This document shows positions 18,823-28,582 of a stretch of 64,000 bases of DNA, piece after piece. Source of the stretch: Patescibacteria group bacterium (lineage in GTDB: Bacteria; Patescibacteriota; Microgenomatia; Curtissbacterales; GWA2-41-24); assembly GCA_038063735.1 (NCBI GenBank), contig JBBTUN010000004.1:12111-76110 (forward strand), read 5' to 3'. Made by a program: the position numbers and the translations under genes. Each line of letters starts with the position of its first letter. Positions within the stretch are counted from its first letter, which is position 1. The notes under the pieces are model-generated. The model was not told the DNA's origin and did not search any database. It was given only the letters and a program-made list of their open reading frames with translations.

Positions 18823-20238
18823 ATGAGTTCTGAAGGTCTTGGAACAATTAGCGGCCGAGAAGGCCCAAATTTTTTGACAGAAGGTACCAATATACAAAGT
18901 AACCTTCCGACACGTCCTATAGAGGAGATTGAGGCGGAAAAGCGCTCTCTAGAGAGAATTTCCAAAGCTGATAGAGAAAATGTCATTGGTCTCGATTTAT
19001 GGCTAAGGGAACAAGCAAAGGAACGTGCACAAAAACCCCAACCTAATGGTGCAATAGATCACACCCCAAAATTCGTTGTCGATGGTTATATTTATCGGCC
19101 TCGCAGGCCAGATTTAATACCGCACGTTTCATTGGAAGAGGCAATAGTTAATCTCGATAAAACTGTTAAAAGCATTAATGATTTAAAGATTCCCGAGCTT
19201 ACGGATGATTGGACTGTGATTCGAGACAGCAGGGCAGGTCTCTCTGTTTATCTTCAAGAAACCATTAGAGCAAACAAAGGGGAAGAGTTATCACCGTATG
19301 ATTCTTTTGTTAGCCAGGTCGCCGGATATGATACAAGATTAATTCCAAATCCAACCCTAGATAACGGTTTACTGAAAATTGCAGATATACTTGGAAGAAT
19401 GGGTGAAGTTGCATCCGAGGGTCCGCACTCTACCGACACATTAAGAAGAGCAGCTGCACGCAGAAGCGATAGAACAAGATTGTCAAATAAAGATTTCAAA
19501 AACGCATTTAGAAGAGCAGAATTTAGAAATCGTGCACGGCTTTCTGAAATATTAGGTCACGATCTAAGTAAAGTTAATTTTGATTTTACTTGGGAACAAG
19601 ATGATGCATTTTGGATGTTCTGGGAAGAAATCGGCTTAGAGGGCGATCGTTTGAGAGTTAATGAACACGAAAGGCACGATCCAAAGCGCGATATAGGGTA
19701 TGCCGGAATGTATGGTGGTCACGAGCCCGCTCATTTTTACCAAGCACACGAAGTAAGAACCGCTATTAAAGATAAGAAACTAGATCCTTCTGTTGGTTTA
19801 CTGTTAATTCCAGGGCCGGCATGTTATCAGCTAGAAGGTCTTGCACAAACTGTTGGTGATCTAGCAGGCTTTGAAACAACTCTCGACGAAAAACTGGCTG
19901 TAGAGTTGTATCGATTGGAGAAAAGAGCTTTATCAAACGCGCTGATCTATGTGCATCGAGGAAACAGTATTGAAGAAGTTGCAAAATGGCTTCAAAAATA
20001 TGCCCTAAAAAATAGACTAGCCGTAAGCAAAAAACTTCTAGAAGAAGGAACTACAAAACCTTTCGAGCGGGCTTATTTAGGGCTATATGGTCGAGTAGAT
20101 TACGACTTGATGCAACTAAATGACGCATTCGGCGACATTTCACCCCTCATTCCAATTTGGTTTAGAACCCCACAAACGCCTGATAGGATGATACCGCAGC
20201 CTATGAGGCAAGTAATCAAGTACGCAGATGCTGCATAA
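18823..20238 (+). CDS. hypothetical protein with an HEXXH-like motif (GHEPAHFYQAHE)
   Basis: 471-aa soluble protein adjacent to the previous HEXXH protein. HEPAH is followed by a downstream Glu. Confidence 0.35.
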   Translation: MSSEGLGTISGREGPNFLTEGTNIQSNLPTRPIEEIEAEKRSLERISKADRENVIGLDLWLREQAKERAQKPQPNGAIDHTPKFVVDGYIYRPRRPDLIPHVSLEEAIVNLDKTVKSINDLKIPELTDDWTVIRDSRAGLSVYLQETIRANKGEELSPYDSFVSQVAGYDTRLIPNPTLDNGLLKIADILGRMGEVASEGPHSTDTLRRAAARRSDRTRLSNKDFKNAFRRAEFRNRARLSEILGHDLSKVNFDFTWEQDDAFWMFWEEIGLEGDRLRVNEHERHDPKRDIGYAGMYGGHEPAHFYQAHEVRTAIKDKKLDPSVGLLLIPGPACYQLEGLAQTVGDLAGFETTLDEKLAVELYRLEKRALSNALIYVHRGNSIEEVAKWLQKYALKNRLAVSKKLLEEGTTKPFERAYLGLYGRVDYDLMQLNDAFGDISPLIPIWFRTPQTPDRMIPQPMRQVIKYADAA

Positions 20239-20243
20239 CTTCG

Positions 20244-20272
20244 TTGCGAAAAAGTAACCCATCTCGTATACT
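20244..20272 (+). promoter_or_regulatory. promoter upstream of lysS (-35 TTGCGA, 17-nt spacer, -10 TATACT)
   Basis: TTGCGA at 20244-20249 and TATACT at 20267-20272, 8 nt before the lysS ATG region. Confidence 0.45.
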
Positions 20273-20279
20273 TTAGGCC

Positions 20280-21758
20280 ATGGAGCCTATAGATAATCTA
20301 AAGAAAATTCGCCTGGAAAAACTCGGTAAAATCCGCAGTCTCAAATTAAATCCGTTTCCCGCTAAATCAAATAAAAGAAACACAGTAGAGGAGTGTCAAA
20401 ACTCTACCGGAAAGGCCGTGCAAACTGCAGGTCGCCTTATGGCTCTACGTGGTCACGGCGGTTCATCTTTTGCCGATCTGGTAGACGAATCCGGCAAAAT
20501 CCAGCTTTTCTTCTCCAAAGACAAACTGTCAATCATTAACAATGAGCTATTAACTCTTCTCGACATCGGTGACTTTATAGAAGTTATCGGCAAGGTCGAT
20601 AAAACAAAAGCTGGCGAAACTACCATTTTTGTCGAGTCTTTTAATTTGCTGGCTAAATCCACCCGCCCCCTTCCATCAACTTGGTACGGATTAAAGGATG
20701 TTGAAGAAAGAAATAGAAAACGATATCTGGATTTAATAATGAATCAAGGTGTCAAAAATACTTTCGAGTTAAGGTCCAAAATAATTTATGCACTGCGCAA
20801 ATTTTTAATTGAGGTTAAGGGTTATATAGAAGTTGAAAACCCAGTCCTTCAATCCCTCTACGGTGGAACAAGAGCAAGGCCGTTTAAGACGCATCACAAT
20901 ACGCTAAATATGGACATGTATCTAAGAATCTCCAACGAGCTATACCTCAAAAGGTTAATAGCAGGGGGATTCGAAAAAGTTTTTGAAATGGGACATACAT
21001 TTAGAAACGAAGGCATGGATAAAAATCATAACCCGGAATTTACCATGCTGGAAACAATGGAGGCTTACGCAGATTACTTTAACAACATGAATCTAGTTGA
21101 GGAAATGTTTGAGTATGTAGCCAAAAGTGTTTTCGGAAAAACTAAACTCGCGTACCAGGGCTTCGAAATAGAATATAAAAGACCCTGGAAAAGGATAAAA
21201 CTTGCCGACCTCTTTAAACAGTACACCAATGTTGATTTCCACCAAATCGACTCACTGGAAAAAGCAACCAACCTGGCAAAAAAACTTGGCGTATTTATCC
21301 AGGATTATATGACCGACGGGGAAATTCTTCTGGAAATTTTTGAGAAAAAATGCACGACAGAGCTCATCCAACCAACATTTGTCTACGACTACCCTGCCGA
21401 TTTTTATCCTCTTGCCAAAAGAAAAGAAGACAACCCGCGTTTTGTAGAAAGCTTCGACATTTATGTGGGCGGGCTTGAAATGGGCACAAACTATAGCGAA
21501 CAAAACGACCCCCAAGAACTTAGACGCGCTTGGGAAGCGGAAAAAGAGAAAGCAAGAGCAGGTAATCCTGAAGCCCAAATTCTTGATGAGGATTTTCTGG
21601 AATCGCTAGAATATGGTATGCCTCCAACATCCGGTATTGGACCCGGCGTAGACAGGTGGATAATGGTAATGACAGATTCTGCAACAATTTCTGATGTAAT
21701 TCTCTTCCCCACGCTTCGCCCGAAAAAAGATAGTAGGAACAAAGATAAGAGTGATTAG
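20280..21758 (+). CDS. lysS: lysine--tRNA ligase (class II)
   Basis: N-terminal OB anticodon-binding domain and class II motifs (FRNEGMD..HNPEFTMLE, GGLEMGTNYSEQNDP, GMPPTSGIGPGVDRWIMV). Confidence 0.95.
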   Translation: MEPIDNLKKIRLEKLGKIRSLKLNPFPAKSNKRNTVEECQNSTGKAVQTAGRLMALRGHGGSSFADLVDESGKIQLFFSKDKLSIINNELLTLLDIGDFIEVIGKVDKTKAGETTIFVESFNLLAKSTRPLPSTWYGLKDVEERNRKRYLDLIMNQGVKNTFELRSKIIYALRKFLIEVKGYIEVENPVLQSLYGGTRARPFKTHHNTLNMDMYLRISNELYLKRLIAGGFEKVFEMGHTFRNEGMDKNHNPEFTMLETMEAYADYFNNMNLVEEMFEYVAKSVFGKTKLAYQGFEIEYKRPWKRIKLADLFKQYTNVDFHQIDSLEKATNLAKKLGVFIQDYMTDGEILLEIFEKKCTTELIQPTFVYDYPADFYPLAKRKEDNPRFVESFDIYVGGLEMGTNYSEQNDPQELRRAWEAEKEKARAGNPEAQILDEDFLESLEYGMPPTSGIGPGVDRWIMVMTDSATISDVILFPTLRPKKDSRNKDKSD

Positions 21759-21774
21759 TCAAAAAATTAGTACA

Positions 21775-22126
21775 TACAAAGACCTAAAATTTTGGCAAAC
21801 TGCAAAAGAAGCAAGTTTATTAGTCGTAAGGCTAGTCAACAAATTTCCTTAATCAAAAGGTGTACTGGATAATTGCTGACCAATTATTGCGATCGAGCTT
21901 TTCTGTAGGAGCAAACATCGCCGAAGGTTTTGGGAAATACAAAGGAAAAGAATACCCTCGATTTATTCAGATTGCACTGGGATCAGCAAGAGAAACAGAG
22001 TATTGGTTAGAGCTTTTGGTAGATATTAATCCCAAATTAAAAAAAGAGGTTCAAAAAATTATAGATTTAAATACACAAACAGTAAAAATGTTAATATCAA
22101 CACTATATACATTAAAGAATAAGTAG
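21775..22126 (+). pseudogene. four-helix-bundle protein (TIGR02436, 23S rRNA-IVS-type protein) interrupted by a frameshift near 21850
   Basis: Frame 1 encodes the typical N-terminus YKDLKFWQTAKEASLLVVRLVNKFP and then a stop at 21850-21852. Frame 2 continues with YWIIADQLLRSSFSVGANIAEGFGKYKGKEYPRFIQIALGSARETEYWLELL, the typical core. The two pieces sum to the usual length of about 115 aa. Confidence 0.6.
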
Positions 22127-22158
22127 GACTAATCACTAGTTCCTAGTAACTTGCTCCT

Positions 22159-22761
22159 ATGAATAAGCTTACACTTAAAAAAATCCTGAAATTATTTTTA
22201 ACTTTGCAATGGGCCAAAGAACTGCCTCGTCAGGGTTTTATTGCCATGGGATTTAAAAGGGCAGAAACAGATTCCGTTGCAGCCCACTCATGGACAACAG
22301 CAATACTGGCCTATTTACTCGCAATAGAATTGAAAAAAGAGGGTCAAAAAATAGATGTTGACAAAACTTTAAAAATGGCTCTGTTCCACGACATGGCAGA
22401 AACGATTGTCGGAGATGTAGGTACATTTGTAAAAGGTATGGCAAAAGGTGCCTTTGCTCCAATCGAAGAAGAGGGTTTAAAGTGGTTAGTCGCAAATATT
22501 CCCAATCGAGACGAGATAGTTGATCTTGTTAATGAATATATGCAGCGCAAAACCCTGGAAGCCCGTGTTTGTAAAGTCGCCGATAATCTCGATGCCCTCG
22601 CCCAAGCAAAAGGTGTTCCTGCAGCTCTGCCTGCGTTAAAATACTTTAAAGAGGTTTATCACATTACAAAATTCAGCTGGCACAAAGAGGCAGTTGAGAT
22701 GATCTTAAAAGACCAGGTCGAACCTGAAAGGTCATGGCAAACATCTCATAAAAAACCATGA
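22159..22761 (+). CDS. HD-domain phosphohydrolase (YfbR-like 5'-deoxynucleotidase family)
   Basis: HD motifs AHSW...H, FHDMAETIVGD and KVADNLDAL. Confidence 0.7.
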   Translation: MNKLTLKKILKLFLTLQWAKELPRQGFIAMGFKRAETDSVAAHSWTTAILAYLLAIELKKEGQKIDVDKTLKMALFHDMAETIVGDVGTFVKGMAKGAFAPIEEEGLKWLVANIPNRDEIVDLVNEYMQRKTLEARVCKVADNLDALAQAKGVPAALPALKYFKEVYHITKFSWHKEAVEMILKDQVEPERSWQTSHKKP

Positions 22762-22789
22762 ACCATCAACAATTAACTATGAACCAATT

Positions 22790-24010
22790 ATGCTAGACAT
22801 AAAATTCATTCGCGAAAATCCCCAGCTTGTTAAAGAAAAAAGCAAGCAAAAAGGCTACAAAGTTGACGTCGACAAGTTATTAGAAGTTGACAAAAACCGT
22901 CGTAAATTAATTGAAGAAGTCGACAAACTGCGCTCCGACCGCAAAAAAGCCGCAGAAGGCAGAAACCAGGCTCAAGGCCAGGCCTTGAAGGCTAAATTAA
23001 AGGACTTAGAAAACACGCTCGAAAAGCTACAGGAAGAATACTATAAATTAATTCGGACAATCCCAAACATGCCAAAAGATGATGTAAAAGTTGGAAAGGA
23101 TGAAAGTGAAAACGAAATCATAAAAAACATTGGAAAAATTCCCAAATTCGATTTCAAGCCCAAAGGTCATCTTGATTTGGCTCAAATGTCTGACCTTTTA
23201 GACGTAGAAAGGGCCTCCAAAGTATCGGGTGCACGTTTTAATTACATCAAAAACGAGTTGGCTCTTTTGGAGCTTGCTCTCATAAATTTCGCCTTCGATA
23301 TTCTAATAAAAGAAGACTTTATACCCATAATTCCTCCCGTAATAATTAACAAAAAAAGTGCCGAGGGGCTGGGATATCCCGAATACGAAACCGGCGAAGG
23401 ATACGAGGTTGACAACCAATACTTAGTTGGTACTGCCGAACATTCAATAGTACCGATGCATATGGACGAAACGTTTAAAAGTTCCGACCTTCCTAAAAGA
23501 TATGTTGGATTTTCGACTGCTTTTCGACGTGAGGCGGGTTCTTATGGCAAAGATACAAGAGGAATGTTTAGAGTTCATCAGTTCGACAAGGTTGAAATGG
23601 TCTCATTTGTTCTCCCTGAAGATGAGGACAAAGAGCTTGAGTATCTCTTATCCTTGGAAGAAAAATTTGTTCAGGAGTTGCAACTTCCCTATCAAGTTAT
23701 AAAACAATGTACGGGAGATTTAGGGTTTCCGACAGCAAGGAAGTACGATATCGAAGTATGGATTCCTTCTGAAGGAAGATATCGCGAAACTCATTCTGCA
23801 TCCCTGAACACAGATTTTCAATCAAGACGCCTAAATATCAAGCTTGAACATAAAGGGCGCAGGGAATACGTATCAATTCTTAATGCAACTGCAATTGCAA
23901 TGTCCAGAATGCCAATTGCCATTATGGAAAATTATCAGCAGAAAGACGGGTCGATACTCGTTCCTAAAATCCTTCAAAAGTACGTAGGCTTTAACAAAAT
24001 CCCCGCCTGA
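22790..24010 (+). CDS. serS: serine--tRNA ligase
   Basis: N-terminal coiled-coil arm and class II core (FRREAGSYGKDTRGMFRVHQFDKVEM). Confidence 0.95.
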   Translation: MLDIKFIRENPQLVKEKSKQKGYKVDVDKLLEVDKNRRKLIEEVDKLRSDRKKAAEGRNQAQGQALKAKLKDLENTLEKLQEEYYKLIRTIPNMPKDDVKVGKDESENEIIKNIGKIPKFDFKPKGHLDLAQMSDLLDVERASKVSGARFNYIKNELALLELALINFAFDILIKEDFIPIIPPVIINKKSAEGLGYPEYETGEGYEVDNQYLVGTAEHSIVPMHMDETFKSSDLPKRYVGFSTAFRREAGSYGKDTRGMFRVHQFDKVEMVSFVLPEDEDKELEYLLSLEEKFVQELQLPYQVIKQCTGDLGFPTARKYDIEVWIPSEGRYRETHSASLNTDFQSRRLNIKLEHKGRREYVSILNATAIAMSRMPIAIMENYQQKDGSILVPKILQKYVGFNKIPA

Positions 24011-24026
24011 GGTAAAATATCCTACT

Positions 24027-24185
24027 ATGAATTCCCTGCCCGAAACAAAAACCCTGCCCACAAGAAAGCGCAACAGAATACGAAAATTAGCGCCCAAAAA
24101 ACATCAAATTTCTCACGAATTTGGAAGATCAACAAAAACACTATGGAGGCAAATTATAACAAGAAGCGCGAAAGCTAAGGATTAA
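24027..24185 (+). CDS. possible small basic protein (52 aa, K/R-rich), ending 2 nt before the secA start
   Basis: The ORF MNSLPETKTLPTRKRNRIRKLAPKKHQISHEFGRSTKTLWRQIITRSAKAKD is too short for the ORF track and has no obvious SD. It could equally be the noncoding secA leader. Confidence 0.2.
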   Translation: MNSLPETKTLPTRKRNRIRKLAPKKHQISHEFGRSTKTLWRQIITRSAKAKD

Positions 24186-24187
24186 AA

Positions 24188-27031
24188 ATGTTAGGAATAT
24201 TTAATAAATTTTTGGACACAAACGAAAAACAGGTTAATAAACTTCAACCTTTAGTGGATGATATTAATGCCCTTGAAAAAAAGTTTGAAAAGTTAACAGA
24301 CGCACAGTTAAAAGCCAAAACCGCCGAGTTTAAATTAAGACACGAGAGAGGTGAAACCCTCGACGATTTACTACCGGAAGCCTTCGCAGCAGTCCGTGAA
24401 GCTGGTATAAGGACACTAAATCAAAGGCATTACGATGTTCAGCTAACCGGTGGCATAGTGCTTCATCAGGGGAAGATCGCCGAGCAAAAAACCGGTGAAG
24501 GAAAAACCTTAACCGCGTCTCTCCCTCTCTATCTCAACTCACTCGGTGGCAAAGGTGTCCACCTGGCAACAGTCAACGATTATCTTGCCCGTGTTGGTCT
24601 TGGATGGATGGGGCCAATTTATACAGCTCTCGGTGTAACGGCAGGCTGTATTATGCAAGAAAAAGCATTTTTATATGATCCGCTCTACGAAGATAAAACC
24701 CAAACAGACTGGAGACTCAGACATCTTAAACCGGTCGAAAAGAAAGAAGCATACGCGGCGGACATAACTTACGGAACGAACAACGAGTATGGTTTTGACT
24801 ATCTCAGGGATAATATGGTTTGGGATCTTAAAGACGCTTCCCAAAGAGGACATTTTTATGCAATCGTCGATGAAGCCGACTCAATTTTAATAGATGAAGC
24901 AAGAACTCCATTAATAATATCCGCTCCCTCCGGTGAGGCGACAGATAAATATTATCAATTCTCAAAACTGGTTCAAGAACTCTCTGCCGCGACTGATTAT
25001 GTAATAGACGAAAAATTAAAAACAGCTAATTTAACAGAACACGGGATTTCAAAAGTTGAAAAAAGGCTCGGGGTTGTCAATTTATACGAAAAAGATTTTG
25101 GAACAATTCACCACATACAACAGGCGCTTAAAGCTAAAACTCTCTATCACAAAAACAAAGATTACATTGTAAAAGAGGGCGAGATTATTATTGTTGACGA
25201 ATTTACAGGTCGCCTAATGCAGGGCCGAAGATGGTCGGAAGGTTTGCATCAGGCAATTGAAGCTAAAGAAGGCGTTGCCATTCAGAAGGAGTCACAAACC
25301 ATGGCAACCATTTCCTTCCAAAACTATTTTAGACTTTACGAAAAATTAGCAGGCATGACAGGAACGGCAGCGACAGAAGCCGAGGAATTCTTCAAAATTT
25401 ATAAACTTGATGTAGTTACAATTCCGACCAACAAACCAACGATAAGAAAAGATAGCTCTGACGTTGTATACAAAACTACAAAAGCCAAATTCACCGCAGT
25501 AGCAAACGACGTTGCCCAAAAAAACCAGAAAGGTCAACCGGTGTTAATTGGTACAACATCAATAGAAAAAAATGAATTCCTATCCACCCTTCTTAAGAAA
25601 AAAGGTATACCGCACCTAACCCTGAACGCTAAAAACCACCAAAAAGAAGCAGAAATTATTGCCGCTGCTGGTATTAAAGGAAAAGTTACTTTAGCAACAA
25701 ATATTGCTGGTCGTGGTGTAGACATAATACTCGGTGGCGACCCTCCTACCGACAAACTTGGAAGACCGGTAACAAAAGGAAAAGAATATGACGCCTGGAA
25801 GAAAAAACACGAAGAAGTCATAAGACTCGGTGGTTTGCACGTTGTCGGAACCGAAAGGCATGAAGCAAGAAGAATAGATAACCAGTTGCGAGGTAGGGCG
25901 GGACGACAAGGAGACCCAGGTTCGAGCAGATTCTATGTCTCACTAGAAGACGAAATTATGCGTTTGTTTGGTGGAGACCAAATAGCAAAAATTATGACTG
26001 CCTTTAAACTTCCCGAGGACACCCCTATCGAACACGGCATGGTAAGTAAAGCTATAGAAAATGCTCAAGTAAAAGTAGAAACACATAACTTCGATATCAG
26101 AAAACATCTTGTTGAATATGACGATGTTGCTAACCGCCAAAGAGAAATCATCTACGGAATGAGAAAAAATACCCTACTCGCAACAGAAGACGAAGAAAAA
26201 GGTGACAAGTTGAAAGATGATATTAAATTTAAAGTTGAACAGGAAATCAATAACATGGTCCTTGCTAATTTCCCCGAAAACTCTCATGCCAATTACGACC
26301 AGATAATTAAGGAACTAACAACAATAGTGCCTTTTGATGAAAACTCCGCAAAAAACATTCTAACAGACGCAAAAAAAACGACAAATCCCGAAAACCTAAC
26401 AAAATTCTTGGTCGAAGTTGCAAACAACGTATATGAGCAAAAAGAAAAATCATTAGGAGTAAAATCATCAAGAGATATAGAAAAATTTACATCTCTTTCT
26501 GTAATCGATACTTTGTGGATTCAGCACCTGGACACACTTGACGACTTAAGAGAGGGCATAGGCTTAAGAGCTGCCGGTCAAAGAGATCCACTAGTCGAAT
26601 ACAAGCAAGAGGCATTCTCCCTGTTTGAAAAGCTCGTAGCAACGATAGATTATGAGATTGTCCACAGAATATTTAAGGTTCAAATTAATCAAGAGCCGGC
26701 GGTGGAAAGTATTGAGAAGCAAGGCGTAGAGGTTCACGCGCAACCAACACTTACGGACGCAGAAACCGTTTCTGAACCTCAAACGACTCCACAAATTGTT
26801 GAAAAAGATCCCAATGAAATGTCCGACGAAGAGTTGGAGCAAGAAATTGCGAGATTGGAAGCACTTAAAAAGTCTGGAGCAAGTGACCAAATGCCTAATA
26901 ATCCATTCTCCACAACTACAAATAAACCATTAAGGGTCGAAAAGATAGGCAGAAATGACCCATGCCCTTGTGGCTCTGGCCTCAAATGGAAGAAATGCGG
27001 CCTCATTAATGCTCCTGGGCATAAATCTTAA
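24188..27031 (+). CDS. secA: preprotein translocase ATPase SecA
   Basis: DEAD-like motor (TGEGKTL, DEADSILIDEARTPLIIS) and a C-terminal zinc-binding tail CPCGSGLKWKKCG. Confidence 0.95.
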   Translation: MLGIFNKFLDTNEKQVNKLQPLVDDINALEKKFEKLTDAQLKAKTAEFKLRHERGETLDDLLPEAFAAVREAGIRTLNQRHYDVQLTGGIVLHQGKIAEQKTGEGKTLTASLPLYLNSLGGKGVHLATVNDYLARVGLGWMGPIYTALGVTAGCIMQEKAFLYDPLYEDKTQTDWRLRHLKPVEKKEAYAADITYGTNNEYGFDYLRDNMVWDLKDASQRGHFYAIVDEADSILIDEARTPLIISAPSGEATDKYYQFSKLVQELSAATDYVIDEKLKTANLTEHGISKVEKRLGVVNLYEKDFGTIHHIQQALKAKTLYHKNKDYIVKEGEIIIVDEFTGRLMQGRRWSEGLHQAIEAKEGVAIQKESQTMATISFQNYFRLYEKLAGMTGTAATEAEEFFKIYKLDVVTIPTNKPTIRKDSSDVVYKTTKAKFTAVANDVAQKNQKGQPVLIGTTSIEKNEFLSTLLKKKGIPHLTLNAKNHQKEAEIIAAAGIKGKVTLATNIAGRGVDIILGGDPPTDKLGRPVTKGKEYDAWKKKHEEVIRLGGLHVVGTERHEARRIDNQLRGRAGRQGDPGSSRFYVSLEDEIMRLFGGDQIAKIMTAFKLPEDTPIEHGMVSKAIENAQVKVETHNFDIRKHLVEYDDVANRQREIIYGMRKNTLLATEDEEKGDKLKDDIKFKVEQEINNMVLANFPENSHANYDQIIKELTTIVPFDENSAKNILTDAKKTTNPENLTKFLVEVANNVYEQKEKSLGVKSSRDIEKFTSLSVIDTLWIQHLDTLDDLREGIGLRAAGQRDPLVEYKQEAFSLFEKLVATIDYEIVHRIFKVQINQEPAVESIEKQGVEVHAQPTLTDAETVSEPQTTPQIVEKDPNEMSDEELEQEIARLEALKKSGASDQMPNNPFSTTTNKPLRVEKIGRNDPCPCGSGLKWKKCGLINAPGHKS

Positions 27032-27049
27032 TTGTAATTTTGATAGAAT

Positions 27050-28582
27050 TTGTTAATGAAAGAAAGGTTGATACTCTTTTCCCTTATTGTAGCGGCCTTT
27101 TTCCTTAGGGTATTTCTTATACAGAAGTATTCCTTTGTATTTGCCTACGACATGGGTCGTGACCTACTTTGGTCAAAGGATATTGCCTTTTACCACATAC
27201 CAACTCTTATCGGCCCGGCCGCTAGTATTTGGGGAATATACTTCGGCCCGGCCTGGTACTACTTTTTATCAATACCCCTCCTTTTATCGCGCGGAAATCC
27301 GGTGTCCGCTGTATATACAACCGCACTCGTGCAGGTATTAACGCCGCTCGTAGCTTACTTATTATTTAGAAATATCTTAAATAAAAAGTTTTTAATTATC
27401 TTTACTATTCTTCTACTGTTTAACGCCACATCTATAAGCATTTCAACATTTGCCTTCCACGCAAATATGCTGCCTTTACTAACTCTTCTTGTGACGTATT
27501 TTTGTTATCAGGCTATTGTTAAAAACCCGCTCTATATAGCGCTTACTTTTTTTACAACAAGTTTAATGTTTCATGCGGACCCGGCTCCTGCAGTTGCATT
27601 TACTTTCGTACCATTATTTTTCTTTTTTCGATATCGCCTTTACAAGACTAAGCCGATAGGCACAATCACACTTTCGGTTATTTTTTATCTACTGCCTTTC
27701 ACACCACAAATAATTTTTGAATTAAGAAATAATTTTGTTGAAGTGCGATCGTTAGTCTCATATTTTTCCGGAAACAATCCTTCTTTATCCGGACAACTTC
27801 CTTTAGTACCCAGAATAATCAATAGAATTATTATTTTTTACAACTTTTTTAAATTTTCTTTTTCACCGCAGAGTAACCCGATTGCCCTGTTTCTTCTAGG
27901 CGCAACTTTCTACGGTACTATCAATTTTTTAAAAAATGCCAAAGATAAAACAGCTAAATTAGTTCTTGCAATTAATATTTACAGTCTAATCATCATTTTT
28001 TGTGTTTACACAATTTTTGTAACTGTTGAGGTAAAAGTATGGTATCTCTATGGGTTAACAACTACATTAACTTTTCTGTTAGCATTTACGCTCTACTCAG
28101 TTCATAAATATAAAATATTACAAATATTTATCATTTCCGCTATTACTTTTTTGTGTACGTACAATTTTCTTAGCGCTAAAGTTAGTGTGTCTAAAAAAGA
28201 CCCGGGACTTTTTTCCAATCAACAAGAAGCAATAGACAAAATTTACGAAGACGCCGGTCGGAATACTTTTTCTGTATATGTGTTCACCCCGACAATTTAT
28301 GATTACAGCTACCAATATCTATTTTGGTGGCAAGCAGTCAAACTAAATAAAGGCCTGCCGCAAGAATTTTCTTATCTGCCGCGAGTGCCAAGCTATGTCA
28401 GAAATAAGCAGGTTTATGAAACTCGACCCGCCAGCGAGTCAAAAATCACCTATTTAATAATGGAAAACAGTCAAGAAAATGAGTTCTACAAAAAATCTGA
28501 TTGGACTCAAAATTTTAACGATAAAAAAGCTATTTGGACAAAAAATATAAATGATGCAATTACAATTAAAAAGTTAGAATAA
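27050..28582 (+). CDS. GT-C fold membrane glycosyltransferase (GT39/GT83/ArnT-PMT-like), paralog of 50250-51755
   Basis: About 11 TM helices with an N-terminal loop motif YDMGRD...GPAASIWGIYFGPAWYY, shared with the ORF at 50250 (GDEGRD...GPSASVGGFYLGPIYYW), plus a C-terminal soluble domain. It is followed by a GT2 gene. Confidence 0.55.
   Translation: MLMKERLILFSLIVAAFFLRVFLIQKYSFVFAYDMGRDLLWSKDIAFYHIPTLIGPAASIWGIYFGPAWYYFLSIPLLLSRGNPVSAVYTTALVQVLTPLVAYLLFRNILNKKFLIIFTILLLFNATSISISTFAFHANMLPLLTLLVTYFCYQAIVKNPLYIALTFFTTSLMFHADPAPAVAFTFVPLFFFFRYRLYKTKPIGTITLSVIFYLLPFTPQIIFELRNNFVEVRSLVSYFSGNNPSLSGQLPLVPRIINRIIIFYNFFKFSFSPQSNPIALFLLGATFYGTINFLKNAKDKTAKLVLAINIYSLIIIFCVYTIFVTVEVKVWYLYGLTTTLTFLLAFTLYSVHKYKILQIFIISAITFLCTYNFLSAKVSVSKKDPGLFSNQQEAIDKIYEDAGRNTFSVYVFTPTIYDYSYQYLFWWQAVKLNKGLPQEFSYLPRVPSYVRNKQVYETRPASESKITYLIMENSQENEFYKKSDWTQNFNDKKAIWTKNINDAITIKKLE

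Noticed and set aside
24671-26890. Multiple 60-100-aa minus-strand ORFs within secA
   Set aside because: They are shadow ORFs inside a conserved essential gene.
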